Of a DNA stretch of 64,000 nucleotides, positions 13,959 through 27,011 are shown piece after piece. Position numbers and translations under genes: made by a program. The stretch comes from the human T2T-CHM13v2.0 reference genome, Homo sapiens: NCBI RefSeq assembly GCF_009914755.1, contig NC_060934.1; one strand, given 5' to 3'. The notes below the pieces were generated by a model. That model saw only the letters and a list, made by a program, of their open reading frames with translations. It was not told the DNA's origin and did no database searches. The stretch's first letter is position 1; each line of letters begins with the position of its first letter.

Positions 13959-16494
13959 TACATGGACTTGAAAATGAGTAAGACATAATTTTTGTCCTAA
14001 AGGAACTTGGTATCTGGTTGGGAGGGCAAGAAATACATATAAATAATGTCAACATAGGGTATGATGAGAGCCACGAAAGAGTTATAAACAAACAGATAAA
14101 GAAATTTGCAGCTAACAGAGAAAGCGTGTGCATTAAATGTAAACCCTGTCTCCTTAGGAGGAGGCTATGGGATGGGGCAGAAGGCTCTGCCAAGGCCCAG
14201 GAGGGTCTCCTCCATGGCTGTGAGGCCTTGGCCAGGGACCTCATATCTCTGACCCAAGTGGGCCAGCTGAGCCAGGCCATCAACACAGCTCCATCACTGA
14301 GGCTCCTACCTGGGAGGGTCATATATGTCCTGGAGGGGGACCCGCTGGCCTAAGCCTAGAATGGTGGCTCTGCCTGTCATTAATCGGTGCCATATGCATA
14401 TTGTAGGCTTTGATTTTGGTGCTAAGCCCTGTTCTTGTGTGCTCAGCCATATGTTGGTGGTGTGGTCTGGTCATGGTTCACGTTAGAGGAAGCACACATC
14501 ATGAGAGAGCCCAGAGGGCATGGACAGACCTGCGTGAATGTACCTCATTCCTTGCAAGACCTCGCACAGCCTTGGTGCTCCCTCACACTCAAGTCAAACA
14601 TGCATTCATGTGTTTGTAGGAAACAGCCCCTTGCTGGGGCCATGTTGGTCTGCAGTAGGGCCAGGCAATTTGCATATTTCCTCCATTTTCCTAAAGTAAA
14701 ACTGAAAAATGAGACCAGGGCCTCTCAACACCCACGTTCTCATGAATATGGCACTGTGTGACCCTTGACGAGAGAAAACCAGAGAGTGCTTTCTTTTGAT
14801 TATGTTCACTTGATGAAGCAAGGTTGCCGGAAGTCTGCCCTTTTCTTGCAGAAATTCACAGGATTACACAATACTTCTGTCCCACTTTCAAGCATCCCTG
14901 TGAAATAAGTAGGTTTTGAAAAGCAGGTGCTTGGCTTTCAACCTAAGCCAAAAGGTCTGGATGACTCCTGGAAGAAGACAGAGTATCACTTTGGACAAAA
15001 TGCAAATCCATTTAGCAACCAAGACAGGAGGAACTTTTTTCTAAGTGGAAATGCACCCTGGTTGAGGAGGCCAGGGCAGAAGAGTGCTGTCTAGAGCACT
15101 CAGCAGCCAGGCACTGAGCTGCGCCCGTGGCTGGGGGCTTACACATGTATGTTGCTAGAACATTCTCTCATCCCTCCACCAGCGCCCCTACACACACATT
15201 ACGGAAGCAGCTCTCAGGGCACTCTCCCTAAAGAAGACTGAATTTGCTCCGTAGATATTGATTAAGTATCTGGACTTAAGACCAGAGAAGAAGGTAAAAT
15301 GAAGCTGAAGTCCACCATCTTTCTATCTTCAGTTCCTCTGTGTAGGGAGAGAACCATTGTTTCATGCTTCTCACATGTGCAGTCTTCTGGTAAAGTGAAT
15401 CATAGAAACATAATTTGACCATTCAGAGAACCTTTGGACTGAGAGATGGAAGCGGGCTACAGGGAGAAAAGATAGTTAAACTAACTATCCGGTGTAGACA
15501 CCAGGGCTGAGCCCACCCCTAGATTGTTGCCCCAAATCTCTCAGCTAATCCCACTCTTATCTTCATGCTAATTTTCATTTCTATTTTTTTCATAATTTTC
15601 ATGAGTCACACATTTATTCTAGTTAAAGTCCCTCTTTTAAAATATAAATCGCTTTAAAAGGTAAATACAAATATTTTACAAATAAAACTATTAAGGTGCA
15701 GCCATTTCTATTCAGTCATTCTTGTGTTCATCAAATATGAAATTTGAACTCCCTATGGACACATTTGAGGGTTCACACTTGAATCCAGAGAGAGAAGTTC
15801 AATGGCAATAGCAATAACAAAAATAAAAGGTGACATTCATTGAGCTCTTAACGTTGTGCCAAAGTAATTTGCTTTCATCATCTTATTTAATCTGCACAAC
15901 AACCCTTCAAGGTGGGGTTCAGTTAATGCTGCCATTCACTGTCAAGAAATAGATTAACAGGCTTAGAACCCATACCAGTTCAGCTTCCAGTAAAATGTAG
16001 TTTCTTCTGAAATACCTCGTTTTGAGGGACTGAGTTTACCTTGAAGCCCTTCCTCCAGCTGCTGCCACATCTCACCATGTCTTGGCAGCTATGTCATAGA
16101 AGCTGCCAGTCCACAAGGCCCTACTGTGGCCAGTCAGCACTGAAATCTCTCCTCTTTTCCACTTACCTCTACAGCATGGCAGGAAGGCCTTGGGCTGAGA
16201 ATACTGGTTAGCGAGGGAGAAGCGCAGGCTCTGCCAGGGAGAACTACGGGGTGGGATTCAGGCTCCTTTCTGGGTATGTGGTCTCTAGGAAGAGCAACTG
16301 CATCAGAGAGAACTGAAGGAGAGGTGGCCTTGGAGGAGAGGGCTGGAGAGCCCAGCTCCCACCCAGGCAGGTGACCTTGCACAGGGTCGTCTGCTCTCAT
16401 CATGTGTCCTGACGATTTGATGAGCCTGCTCTTGTTTGGAAACTGTAGAAGTGTGAGGCCTGTTGCTGAAAGTAACTTTCTCTTCCCTCCACAG

Positions 16495-16629
16495 GCATGA
16501 ATGCTTTACAGTTGCAGAACCTGGCGACGCTGGCTGCTGCTGCAGCTGCGGCCCAGACCTCAGCCACCAGCACCAATGCAAACCCTCTCTCTACCACGAG
16601 CAGCGCCCTGGGAGCCCTCACGAGTCCCG
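16495..16629 (+). CDS. CELF2: CELF2 coding exon (135 nt) GMNALQLQNLATLAAAAAAAQTSATSTNANPLSTTSSALGALTSP
   Basis: ctttctcttccctccacag| acceptor and CCG|gtgagt donor, phase 1 to 1. Contains the poly-Ala segment of the CELF divergent domain. Confidence 0.97.
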
Positions 16630-18551
16630 GTGAGTGTGAGGGGTGCTCTTCCCTTGCAGGTGATGCAGCAGGAGTGGCAGGTAGGTTTCCGTGCCTCCAG
16701 GTGCGAGGGTGAGGCTAGACGTGTCCAGGATGGAGCCGGGATACTATACTGGGCTGCTTTATGTCATTGGGTTATTTTATTTTTAAAAATGGTCAAAGTT
16801 CGAATTTGTCTTTTATTTTCCATGGATAATATGCAAAAAAGTTTTCAGTGAGAATCCACTGTGCAAGCCGTTCTCACACATTCACTCTGTTTTAAACACT
16901 AGTCCATTCAACACTAGTTAAGTTGTTACCACTGTGAAGAGCCTCCGTCTCTTAGTCTTTCTTTGTCCTGCCCTTTTCCAAAAAATAAGACAATGTAAGA
17001 ATTCTGTTTCAAAATTCCTAGTCATTCCCATGTCACATTTCACAGCAACTCCATCCATCACATTTGATTTTAAAATCCACGGTCCAGTAAGGAACATGTT
17101 TGCTCATTTCTGGTCAGGCTCTGGGGTGTGTCATTTAAAGTCTTTTTTTCTTCACAAATTTTGTTGCCTTGTTGTTCAAAAGCAGATGCCAGTTGTCTTT
17201 TCATACAAGCCAGATAGAATGTGGTTGCTTAGATACCGTGATTTGAGGTTTTGTTTTGTTTTTTTTTAATTTAAAAAAGTCGAACGTTTCACTGGCTTTC
17301 CATCTCTGAGTTTTCCAGACCTCAATAGATGGTCTCACCTCCTTTTCTGTTACATGAAGGAGATGGCCTGGACAGTTTCCAAGCTTCCTTCTAACTTTCA
17401 AAATCCCATGACCCCCTATCAGCTGCGCCCCAAGGATTAGCTAAGTGTTGGAAAAACGTTAATGAAAAAATAGCTTCAGGAAACACACATCGAAAACTAC
17501 AGCCCACTCCACGCTGGCTGTTTTAGGGCTTTTGACTTGAGGGAGGAATGAGGCAGGTTCCTAGAGCTGGCAGTTCTCAAAAGAGCAGTTGCCCTTTGTC
17601 TCTGCATAAAACATTGTGTATCTAAGACATTTCACCTGGGGGATTGTTTCGAGGGAGAAGTCTGAGAGATGTTTAGGAGAAGCTGGTGGATTTCCCTGTA
17701 ATGTGCTGAGATCGCATGGCAGGTGTATTGACTTCACTGTGTACAGTGTCTTCAAAAACATACCGTTACTGTATGAGGGCCTTATCTAATATAATAAACA
17801 CTATTCCTGAAAAATCAACTTTGTCACCCTTAATTTCAGGAAGTTAAGTGATAGCTTCAGTGCAACACATCAACTTACTTAAGTAAATCCTGTAACGATC
17901 CCTTTTGAGAAATAAACATTTTTAACATGATAGATTTCCCCTTCATAAAAATAAGTCATTTTTTTAAAAACATGAAAATTAGACCCTCCCAACTTAGATT
18001 TCACAAATCAGATTAAAATGTATTTTCTTAAGAGGGATTTTTTTTCTCCCCTGTGAGCACTTTGATTACCCCAAAATAGCACTGAGTATTGTGAATGCAT
18101 TTTGGAGCATCTTCAGTCCAAAGGAGGCTTGACAGTTTAAGAAGCCAAATGCAGAAGCAGCTGTCGGCTGATTGGTGTAGCTAAGATAACTCAAAAATCA
18201 TATCCCAAAAGCGCTTTGTGGTGTGAGCAGGACAGATGTGCTGCCTACCTTCGGGAGTCCTTCAGTCCTTCAGGGACTTGGACAAGAAGCAAAGCAATGA
18301 GTGTCAGATCTGTGACAGAATCCCACTGAACAAGGGGAAAGGGGACTGGAGGAGGTGACCCCTCTCTCAAAAGGTGACCTTTGAGCAGAGACCTGAGTTC
18401 CGTGACGGAAGCCATGGCGCGTGTTGAGGCAGAGGACAGAGCCAGTGGGTGGGGGAGAGCGGAGTGGGGGCTCTGTGGTGGACCGCGTCCGTTCCAGCCC
18501 ACGTTGGGAGGAGTGTGAGCTTGTTGCAACCTTCTTAAAATGTGGGCTACT

Positions 18552-18617
18552 GGAGATCATGCCACTGCACTCCAGCCTGGGCGACGAGCGAGACTCCGTC
18601 TAAAAAAAAAAAAAAAA
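18552..18617 (+). mobile_element. 5'-truncated Alu 3' end (AluY-like) with target-site duplication
   Basis: gagatcatgccactgcactccagcctgggcgacgagcgagactccgtct followed by A16. Flanked by aaaatgtgggc(t/c)act at 18537-18551 and 18614-18628. Confidence 0.9.
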
Positions 18618-21600
18618 TGTGGGCCACTCAGACGGTCTAGGGCGACGGCCTAGGTGTTAGTCGGAAAGGAATTTTAAATGTATGTGACTATTTTCAATTT
18701 CTTCCTGAGACTGCAGTGGAGGAAAATGTGTTGTGGGATGAGCCTTCCTCCCTGCTGGAGTCAAAACCACACCAGCGCAGCGTCCTTGCCTTGACTGCTC
18801 TGTAAGAGGCTTCTTGCCCTTCAGAACACGCCGCTCGCTTAGGTGTCACTGAGAGCGATTTTTCTCTTCTCTACTGAGGAATGCTTTGCATAATAACTGA
18901 AAGTATTTTATTAGAATCCTAAAGTGTAGCAGCAGCAGTGATTGAAATCTACATTTCAATTATTTTTCTTAAGTGTAACTAAAAAATCTGATGTTTAAGT
19001 GAAAGTAAATTATTTGTCTAATTTCCATCAGGGACTTTTTGAAAGTCACAGAAAATGTGGTTAGTAGAATTCATGAATCTCCACTTCATCAAGGCAGTTT
19101 CCTAGAAGATAAAAGGGGTTGAAAGCCATTCCCAAGGCCATTGCCATTATTTACTTTTTAAATAATAATAAACTGGGCATACTATTTGGACCATGAGCCA
19201 GTTCACTTGCCCTGTGAGTTGAAGGAAAGCCTCATCCCATCTCTCCTCCACAGGCCTGGGGTTTACCCTGTTTTTAAGCGTGTCTCTTAAGCTTCAGACA
19301 AATTCATCTGGAAAGCAAAGGGACAATTCAATCCCCCAAACTGTTAATTTTTTTAATAATTGTAAATTTATCATTTCAATTTTGCATACCCAGGAAAAGT
19401 CTCCCTACAGCATTATTATAAATGATTTTAAACAGTCTTGGCTTTAAAACATGAAAGATTAAGTCTTAATTTTTGTTAAAAAAAAATCCCCTCAGGCAAT
19501 AAATAGGTTCCTTTGTCTCATGGCCTTGAAATAAAAATTAAAATAGTTTAAATTGCCCATGGTTAAAATAAGTGTTTCGTGCAATTATCAGATGGTAGTG
19601 AATAAAATTAGAAATTAAATCATGAAAGAATAAAATCCAGGTAAGTGCATATTATGCCTTTTATGAGTTTCTCACGGGTCTTTTGAAGCCTAATTTAATC
19701 ATGTTTCTTGTCTTTTATTTTGATATGATCATTTTACCTGTGTTTACCCCAGTCTCCTATTTAGTTAATTAATTCTTGGGTCATTTATTGTTACCCAGTT
19801 TTTAACCTGTTTTTGACGACTGTGTCTCTGTTTATGCAAGAGGCAAATTGTCTAGAAGGGGTGTAGCTAGGTATTAAAGAAGATAATGTTTGTCTTCCAT
19901 TCAGCTTGCAAATGAGTTAGTTTTGTCTGGTAATTTTGAGCGCTTGAAGAGACTGTTACTGTTACCACACATGAATATTTTTTGGTATTTTTTGGTCTAA
20001 AATGTATTGCATTCACGTACCATGTTATTCCACTGAACTTCTTCTGTCTTCTTCTTTAAAGAAAAGGATGCTTTAAAATTCTCCAAATGCTTCTGTAAGT
20101 GCAGACTTGACCAAGTACACATCCAGGATCATAGACTGGTTCTTCCCATGGTACAAGGCATTCTAAAATGCTAGGAAGCATTTTTTCATTCCCACCATTG
20201 ACCCTTCAAAGAGTTATCACTTTGAATTCTGGGTGGTATTTTCCCCATCTTCAAGGTATCCCCAGCTTCCTTGAAGGCTGTGACAAACACCAAGCTTCAA
20301 GGAAATGGTGACACTTCCTCTTTGACTATCTGAGGGTAACAGAGATTGGAGTGTTTGGACGTTGTTCAGGCATTCCCTGCTCGCCTCACATAGTCATGAC
20401 CGATAGACGGTGACTGTTGTTCTTGCACACCTGTGTCACCAAAGCAGCTGAATGAGCAGTGGGAAATGAGAATTCACCCTTGAAGTTATCCTGTGGCCTT
20501 TCCATTGACAGGGGGCTTTGTCGCCACCTTCAATAGATGTCTGCATTTGCATCAGAGGAGAACTTGCATTAGGCAAAGAGGTGTGATGCATAAGCTGGTT
20601 TAACCCACATTTCTGAGCCTTCTAGTTCATGCAGGGCAAATACATAAAAATGAGTTGGGGCCTGCACTGCCCCCTCCAAGTGGTGACATGCACGAGGCAG
20701 TATCACCAGATGGGAAAGAGTGGGGCAGGAGAGAGGGACAGACAGGTGGACAAAGAGGCTGTCTCCCCAAGACTACTGCAGTGGTCCCACAGCCTCAGAG
20801 TCGAGAATTAAACTTGCCCCACAGACCTGCCCTTCCCGCTGCCTGCCCCACCCTGCTAAATGGATTGTCCCAATGGCTGGTGTGACTTGGTCGCTGATCT
20901 TTGCAGCTGGCCCCTGGCTCAGCTGCGTGCCTCATCAGCCCCTCAGTTCTCCCTGTGAAGCATCATTTCCCTCCCAGGCAACAGGAGCCTGGAAGAGACC
21001 CTTGTCTTCTCTCTCCTTGTACTACTGGAACAGCCTCCAACTTGGCCCCTTCCCTCTGTCTGTCTTACACACTGTTGGCAACTGCGGTCTAGACTGGAGT
21101 GAAACAAACTCCTGAGTGTGGCATTCAGGGTCCACCTGGACCACCTCCGCCCTTCCATCCAGAATCCAGCCAGCACACACTCGCCCATATCAGGCCACCC
21201 CCCGTAGCCCAGCCACGCCGTCGGCCTTTACGCCATTATTCTTGCAAGCTTCTCTACCTAGAACATCTCCCCCATTTCCTCCCACAAAAATCTAATACAT
21301 CACTAATACTTGTTGCAGTGCTCATTCTTGAGAATAGTGTGGGTGGGTATAAAAGCGTTTCTAATGCACATTATAAAAAGTATAGTTTATGCTGCTTCTG
21401 TAATTTACACTATAAGAAGATTTTTGGCGGTAATTAGTAAAAACTGTTTTCAGTAACCTACTACTTATATGAATCAATGCAAATGCCACCTCTACCATGA
21501 AGCCTTCTAGTTAGGATTGATCACTTCCACATCGTATTGCTGAGTAAGTTCCTAGCTCATTCTAGACCTGGGGCAGTGCAGAGGTTCCTGAGGAGCTGTC

Positions 21601-22707
21601 GGGCTGCTTGAGGCCAGGGGCAGAGAGGGCTGGAGTGTCAGTGCTGGCCAGGCGTTCTGCAGACGTCACCCCTCTCCTGTGCTCCCAGGGCACACTCGGC
21701 CTCCCTTCACTAACACTGACCCTGTTGTCTGCAGGACGGTGATGTGGGCACTCACTTTGTGTCTTGCCCTCTAGCCAGTGAGTTATTTTAAAGTAGGGAA
21801 GGTGTGTTATTTACTCATAATTCCCCCTTGCATCTGGAGCAGCACATCAGACACAGGCCCTCAAGTGTTGTTTGTTTTTTTTTTAATTCAGTGGAATAGC
21901 GAAGCAAAAATTGTCAAAGACAAATGTTTAAGGGCCATCTGTTCAGTCTAGTTTAGCGCACACGTCTCTAAGGAGGCAGCTAAATCCCTCACAGTGACGT
22001 TGGCAGGGTCAGCGTACCCACCCAGTTCACCTGTAAGGCGTGCCTCTGCCTGGATCCCTCAAGAACCAAACCTGCAATTTGGTTTCACCTTACAGGTGAA
22101 TACTCAGGTCCAACAGGTTTCTGAAGAATAAATCAGTACTAACTTACACCAAAACAATCATATGAAGCAGTCTTTTTATTACAGGGGCAGCTTATTTTAC
22201 AAATAGTGGCTTTCAAAATGTTCTGATGTCACGATATAGAATAAGTACGAGTCTGGTATCAGAGAAGGGCATTTCACCTTCAGAAGAACCACCTACTCTA
22301 ATGTGTGCTTTTGAAACATAACATCATGGCAGATCATCCCCAGAAAGTGCCCATTAGCTCTGTGTGCACTGCTAAGTCCACGTAGTCTTCCGGTGCCTGC
22401 CCACACTGCTTACATAAGCAAGGTCCCATTTAGCTTTTTAGAGTATTTTTTACTTATACCACACTTATAAAATACAGGGCATTTTATAAGTGCAGGGGAC
22501 CAGTTATTCCTGGGAAGATGGGCTTAGCCTTTACCGTCCTCTTTTTCTTCTTACACCCATCTTTTGTCATTGTTTATTCTTAAGAGAAAGAAGGAAATCT
22601 CAAGGTAGACCATTCTTCCCTCCACTAGCGGCTAAGTGTCTCAGTCAGGCAGAGTCAAGCCAGTTGGTAAAATGGGCTGTTCATGTGTGGGTTTCAATCT
22701 GTCACAC

Positions 22708-23002
22708 GGCCAGGCGCAGTGGCTCACGCCTGTAATCCCAACACTTTGGGAGGCCGAGGCGGGTGGATCACGAGGTCAGGAGTTCAAGACCAGCCTGGGC
22801 AAGATGGTGAAACCCAGTCTCGACTAAAACTACAGAAATTAGCCAGGCGCAGTGGCAGGTGCCAGTAATCCCAGCTACTCGGGAGGCTGAGGCAGGAGAA
22901 TCACTTGAATCCAGGCGGCAGAGGCTGCAGTGACCAAGATCACACCACTGCACTCCAGCCTGGGCAACAGAGTGAGGCTCTTTCTCAACAACAACAACAA
23001 CA
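22708..23002 (+). mobile_element. Full-length Alu (AluS) with (CAA)n-converted tail
   Basis: Alu consensus dimer. TSD aatctgtca(c/a)ac at 22696-22707 and 23003-23014. Confidence 0.95.
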
Positions 23003-23289
23003 AATCTGTCAAACGTCTTTTCATTTTTTATTTTAGCTTTCCTATGGTGCTGACAGTCAAACTTGTTTACACTCATTGCTGCAGTAGAAAGAGCACTGAC
23101 CTCCCGGTCTTTGCTCATTTCCTGCAAGTTTCAACATTTTACACTGCTTTTCTGAAAATTGTCTTCTTTGCTCGTGACATTATGGGGCTCACTTTATTTT
23201 CATTAATGTTAATGGAGTCACACATTACATAACATGTTCTGTAAATAAAATGACTCTGTAGTGACTGTCACCTCTTGATAGATTTTTTT

Positions 23290-23420
23290 TTTCATTCATT
23301 CAACAAATATGTATCAAGCATCTGTGTGCCTGGAACTGTTCCAGCACTGGAGACACATCAGTAGACAAAGCTGATGAAGATTCCTACCTGCATGTCCTTT
23401 CTCTTCTAGCATCAGCTTTT
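23290..23420 (-). mobile_element. L2 3'-end fragment
   Basis: ttcattcattcaacaaatatgtatcaagcatct...ccagcactggagacacatcagt, a typical L2 tail in antisense. Confidence 0.65.
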
Positions 23421-25763
23421 AAGAAAAGCGTCATTTTACTGAATTCACACCATGGTAAAAACAATTTGAATAGCCTTTAAGTATAAATTGTAACTTCTAC
23501 ACTCTTAAAACGTCATAACCAATATTTTGTATATCTTACGTTAAATTTTGTGAATGAGACCAAGAGTGGGAGAGGGAAGCTCTCTTCTCTCCTTTCTTCC
23601 TCTCCTTTGAGCTGTACCATCTTTCTGTGTGTTTGGTGCAGCAGAGAGCTGGGAGTAGGGCCCCCCTTAAGGTAGAACTGCAAGTGGCCAAACCAGAAAG
23701 CGAGAGGGTTTAGCCCTTGGCCCTGCTGCTCGGGCTGCTCTGTGGCTTCTCCACAGAAGCATGACACACAAACCAGGTGGTTTGAAAGTTCTTCGGCATG
23801 TAAGACTGATACTGTTGGGGAGAACAGTAGTTGGAAACAGTGAGTCTGCCTAGTAAATGTCCTTTATTTGGCATTGATCATCCTGCTTCTAAAGGAGGAG
23901 AGAGCATGCAAACCCCTCCCACCCAGAGGGGTTTTGAGGGCCCCTTGTGTGGAGGGAGTTTGGGTGTGCAATGAACTTCTGCCTAGTGAGTGGATGGATA
24001 CTCCAGGCAGTTGGTGCAATGCCCCAACCTGGAGCAGGCTGGAGTCTCTTAATAGTCTGTAACCAATTTAAAGCTTAATAAAGCTGCGCAGCTTTGGGGG
24101 TAGAGATATTTACGGTTCACCACAGAGCCCACGCTGGGATTTATGCAAGTAGATTCCACCTGTGCCCTGAGCTCTCCTTGGCGGGTGCCTTCATCCCCGG
24201 GATGGACAGATCCTCGCGTGCATCTTAGGGCTGCCACTCACCAAGCGCATTGTTCCTTGTTTTGAGTGGGCTTTTTAACATGTGCAGACATTGACTCTAA
24301 TTCTTCACGTATTTGCTTTTTGCTGTTGGTGGCGCTGGACTCTGTGCTAAGTGTGATTTGTTTTTAAATATTGCTTTGCAGACTCTTCTGTATTGTGGCA
24401 AATCCACATCAGATCCCCTTGTGATGTTTATATGAGCTCAGGCTGTGTTTTCTGTCCAGCCACTTAATGAGATTTTTTATTCTCACTAAATCACAGAAAT
24501 TTTTATTTCTGTGATCTTGTATGATACAAACATGTTATCACCACTAGCACTGGTGAAAAGCATGTGTTGCTTAATTGTGTTATATTAGGTGGGAAAATCA
24601 GCAAAGCTTTATTCTAGTCACAACTTCCCAGAAGCGTATACTGTAAGTTCCATTTCTTCAGACTTGAAAGCAATAAAATGGAAATTTTTAGTTCAGATGT
24701 GGTTTAATCCCGAGAACCCGTCACCATCAACTAGATGCATTGGCCACCTACAAACACAAGCAAAATGTACCGACCTGTACAGCACAGACAGCAGGAAGGC
24801 AGGTAAGGTACAGGGGTCAGTGACAGGAGAGATTCTGCCCCAAGGAAGTAAGGGAAATTTTAGTAGAAGAGTTGACATTTGAGCCAAAATGTTCAGGGTG
24901 GGTAGGATGTTTAAAAGTAGAAGCAGAATGGAAGATACATCAAATGTGGGAAAATGCAGAAATAGCATTTAATCAGCAAATGGAAGTTCATCTCACTTTT
25001 CACAAGCATGGACATATGGAAAAGGATGCCCACCGGGGACCCTGAGAGCCGGGGCTCAGGAGCTGGGACTTTTCCTGTCAGCAGTGAAGAGCTATTCAGG
25101 ACTTTAGGCCCAAGAATGATAGACTTCCTGTGTGACTGGACTGAGGCACCCATTTGATGTGAGGGAGAACAAAAGGAAAGGAGGAAAAATGATATGGTGT
25201 GTTGGGCCTGGGTGGCCAGTGGAGCATTGCTCTCAGTTGTGAGGGGAGTTGAGGAGGAAGCTGTCATATAAAATGATCGGACGTGGCACATGGAGAGCTC
25301 AAGTGCACATGAACGGACATTCCGTGAAATGTGTCCAGCAGCAGTTGGATGTGTGACCATCAGGCTGACCAGAGCCGGGAGCTGCAGAGTGGATTGAGAC
25401 TGACCTGCAGAGGCCAGGCGGGCTGCCCTAAGCCCGGGGAGGGGTGAGGTCATCAGGCCAAAATCACCAGCAAGGCAAGGCGGGGACCAGGTGCAGAAAG
25501 CCTTGGGGTCTGTGCTTGTGGAACAGAGGGACCAGGGGATGGAAAGGGAGCTTTCTGGGTAGCACAGTGTCAGGGGAGCCAAGCAGGATGGGGCTGGAGG
25601 AGGAAAAGGCAGAAAGAGCTGACTGAAGTTTGAGTTGGGGAGTGGGTTCTCCCCAGACTGGCTGCTTCACTGCAGTGGTTGACAGTTTTGCAGGCAGTGA
25701 GAGAGGACACAATTCTATATGACATGTTCATGAAATGTGAATATTTTTAAAAATCTGTAATGG

Positions 25764-26075
<312 letters not shown>

Positions 26076-26907
26076 AAAAATCTGTAAAAGTACTGGGGTC
26101 ACTAGGGGAAGAAGTTTTTATGTTTTTGTTTTAAGATGGAGAAACAAAACATATTTGTAGACCAAAGAGAAGAGCCAGAACAAAGGGAAACAGGAATAGG
26201 CCAATGAGAGCTGAAAGCTGGACTAGAGTTGGAGGGCTGGCTGGAGGGATGAGCTCAGCCTCCAGCGTGTCCCTCTCCTGTGGCGAGGGGGATGCTGCCT
26301 TCTGAGGGTCGGGTCACATGTCATCTCCCCCTGGGAGGAGCCCCCACAGCAGCACCCTGGCCTTGTGGTGCCATCTCGACCTGGTACTAGCACACAAGCC
26401 AACAGGCACAAATCTGAATCAGGGCTGAGTCAGCAGGTGGTGCAGCCTGAGGGAGGGAACACTGACCTCTGTCAGGATTGGGGAGGATGCCAAGAATTTA
26501 GGACAGAAGGGTACTTATATCACATATGGGCCAAGAATTGATATATCTGGGGCTAGAAACAAAAACTCATGCCGGGGCAGAGGTTTAAGAAAAAGTCAAC
26601 CTACAGAATGTAACAGAGGATTTCTAATTATATTTGTCTTTCTAGAGTATGTAGACATCTTGATCAAGAGTCATTGGAGCAAGTAATGTAATCTTAATTA
26701 TTTTCTCAGTTGTGAAATAGAATTAATTGCTAATACTCACTTTTCTTGTGGAAACATTGAGGTTTATATATACACACATATTTATATTTATGTAAATGTA
26801 TACTGGTGCTTTTTTAAAAAAAACGATGTTTAAGTATCATATATGGGAAAGATCGAATCATTATTTTGGAGTGATACGAAATACCACAGCTCTGGAGAAC
26901 AGAAGAC

Positions 26908-27011
26908 TAGGTTAAAACTAGAATGAGGGCTGATGATGTTTAGGTTAAAACTAGAATAAGGTCCGATGATGTTTAACTGGGTTAAAACTAGAATAAGGTC
27001 CAATGATATTT
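26908..27011 (+). repeat. Three-copy ~33-37 bp tandem repeat (taggttaaaactagaataaggtccgatgatgtt)
   Basis: Copies start at 26908, 26941 and 26978. Confidence 0.9.

Noticed and set aside
19496-19646. Perfect CAG|GTAAGT at 19640 as a poison-exon or recursive splice site
   Set aside because: No pyrimidine tract immediately upstream and only weak candidate acceptors. Isolated consensus donors are expected in a 25-kb intron.
22636-23232. ORFs such as [25 protein letters not shown] (also near 340, 8174, 25780, 40659, 49540)
   Set aside because: Translations of Alu sequence.
24911-25582. 223-aa - strand ORF
   Set aside because: No recognisable domain or exon structure, and it overlaps degenerate ancient-repeat-like sequence.
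26908-27011. 33-37 bp repeats of CRISPR-like length
   Set aside because: Head-to-tail copies without unique spacers, no cas genes, and mammalian DNA.
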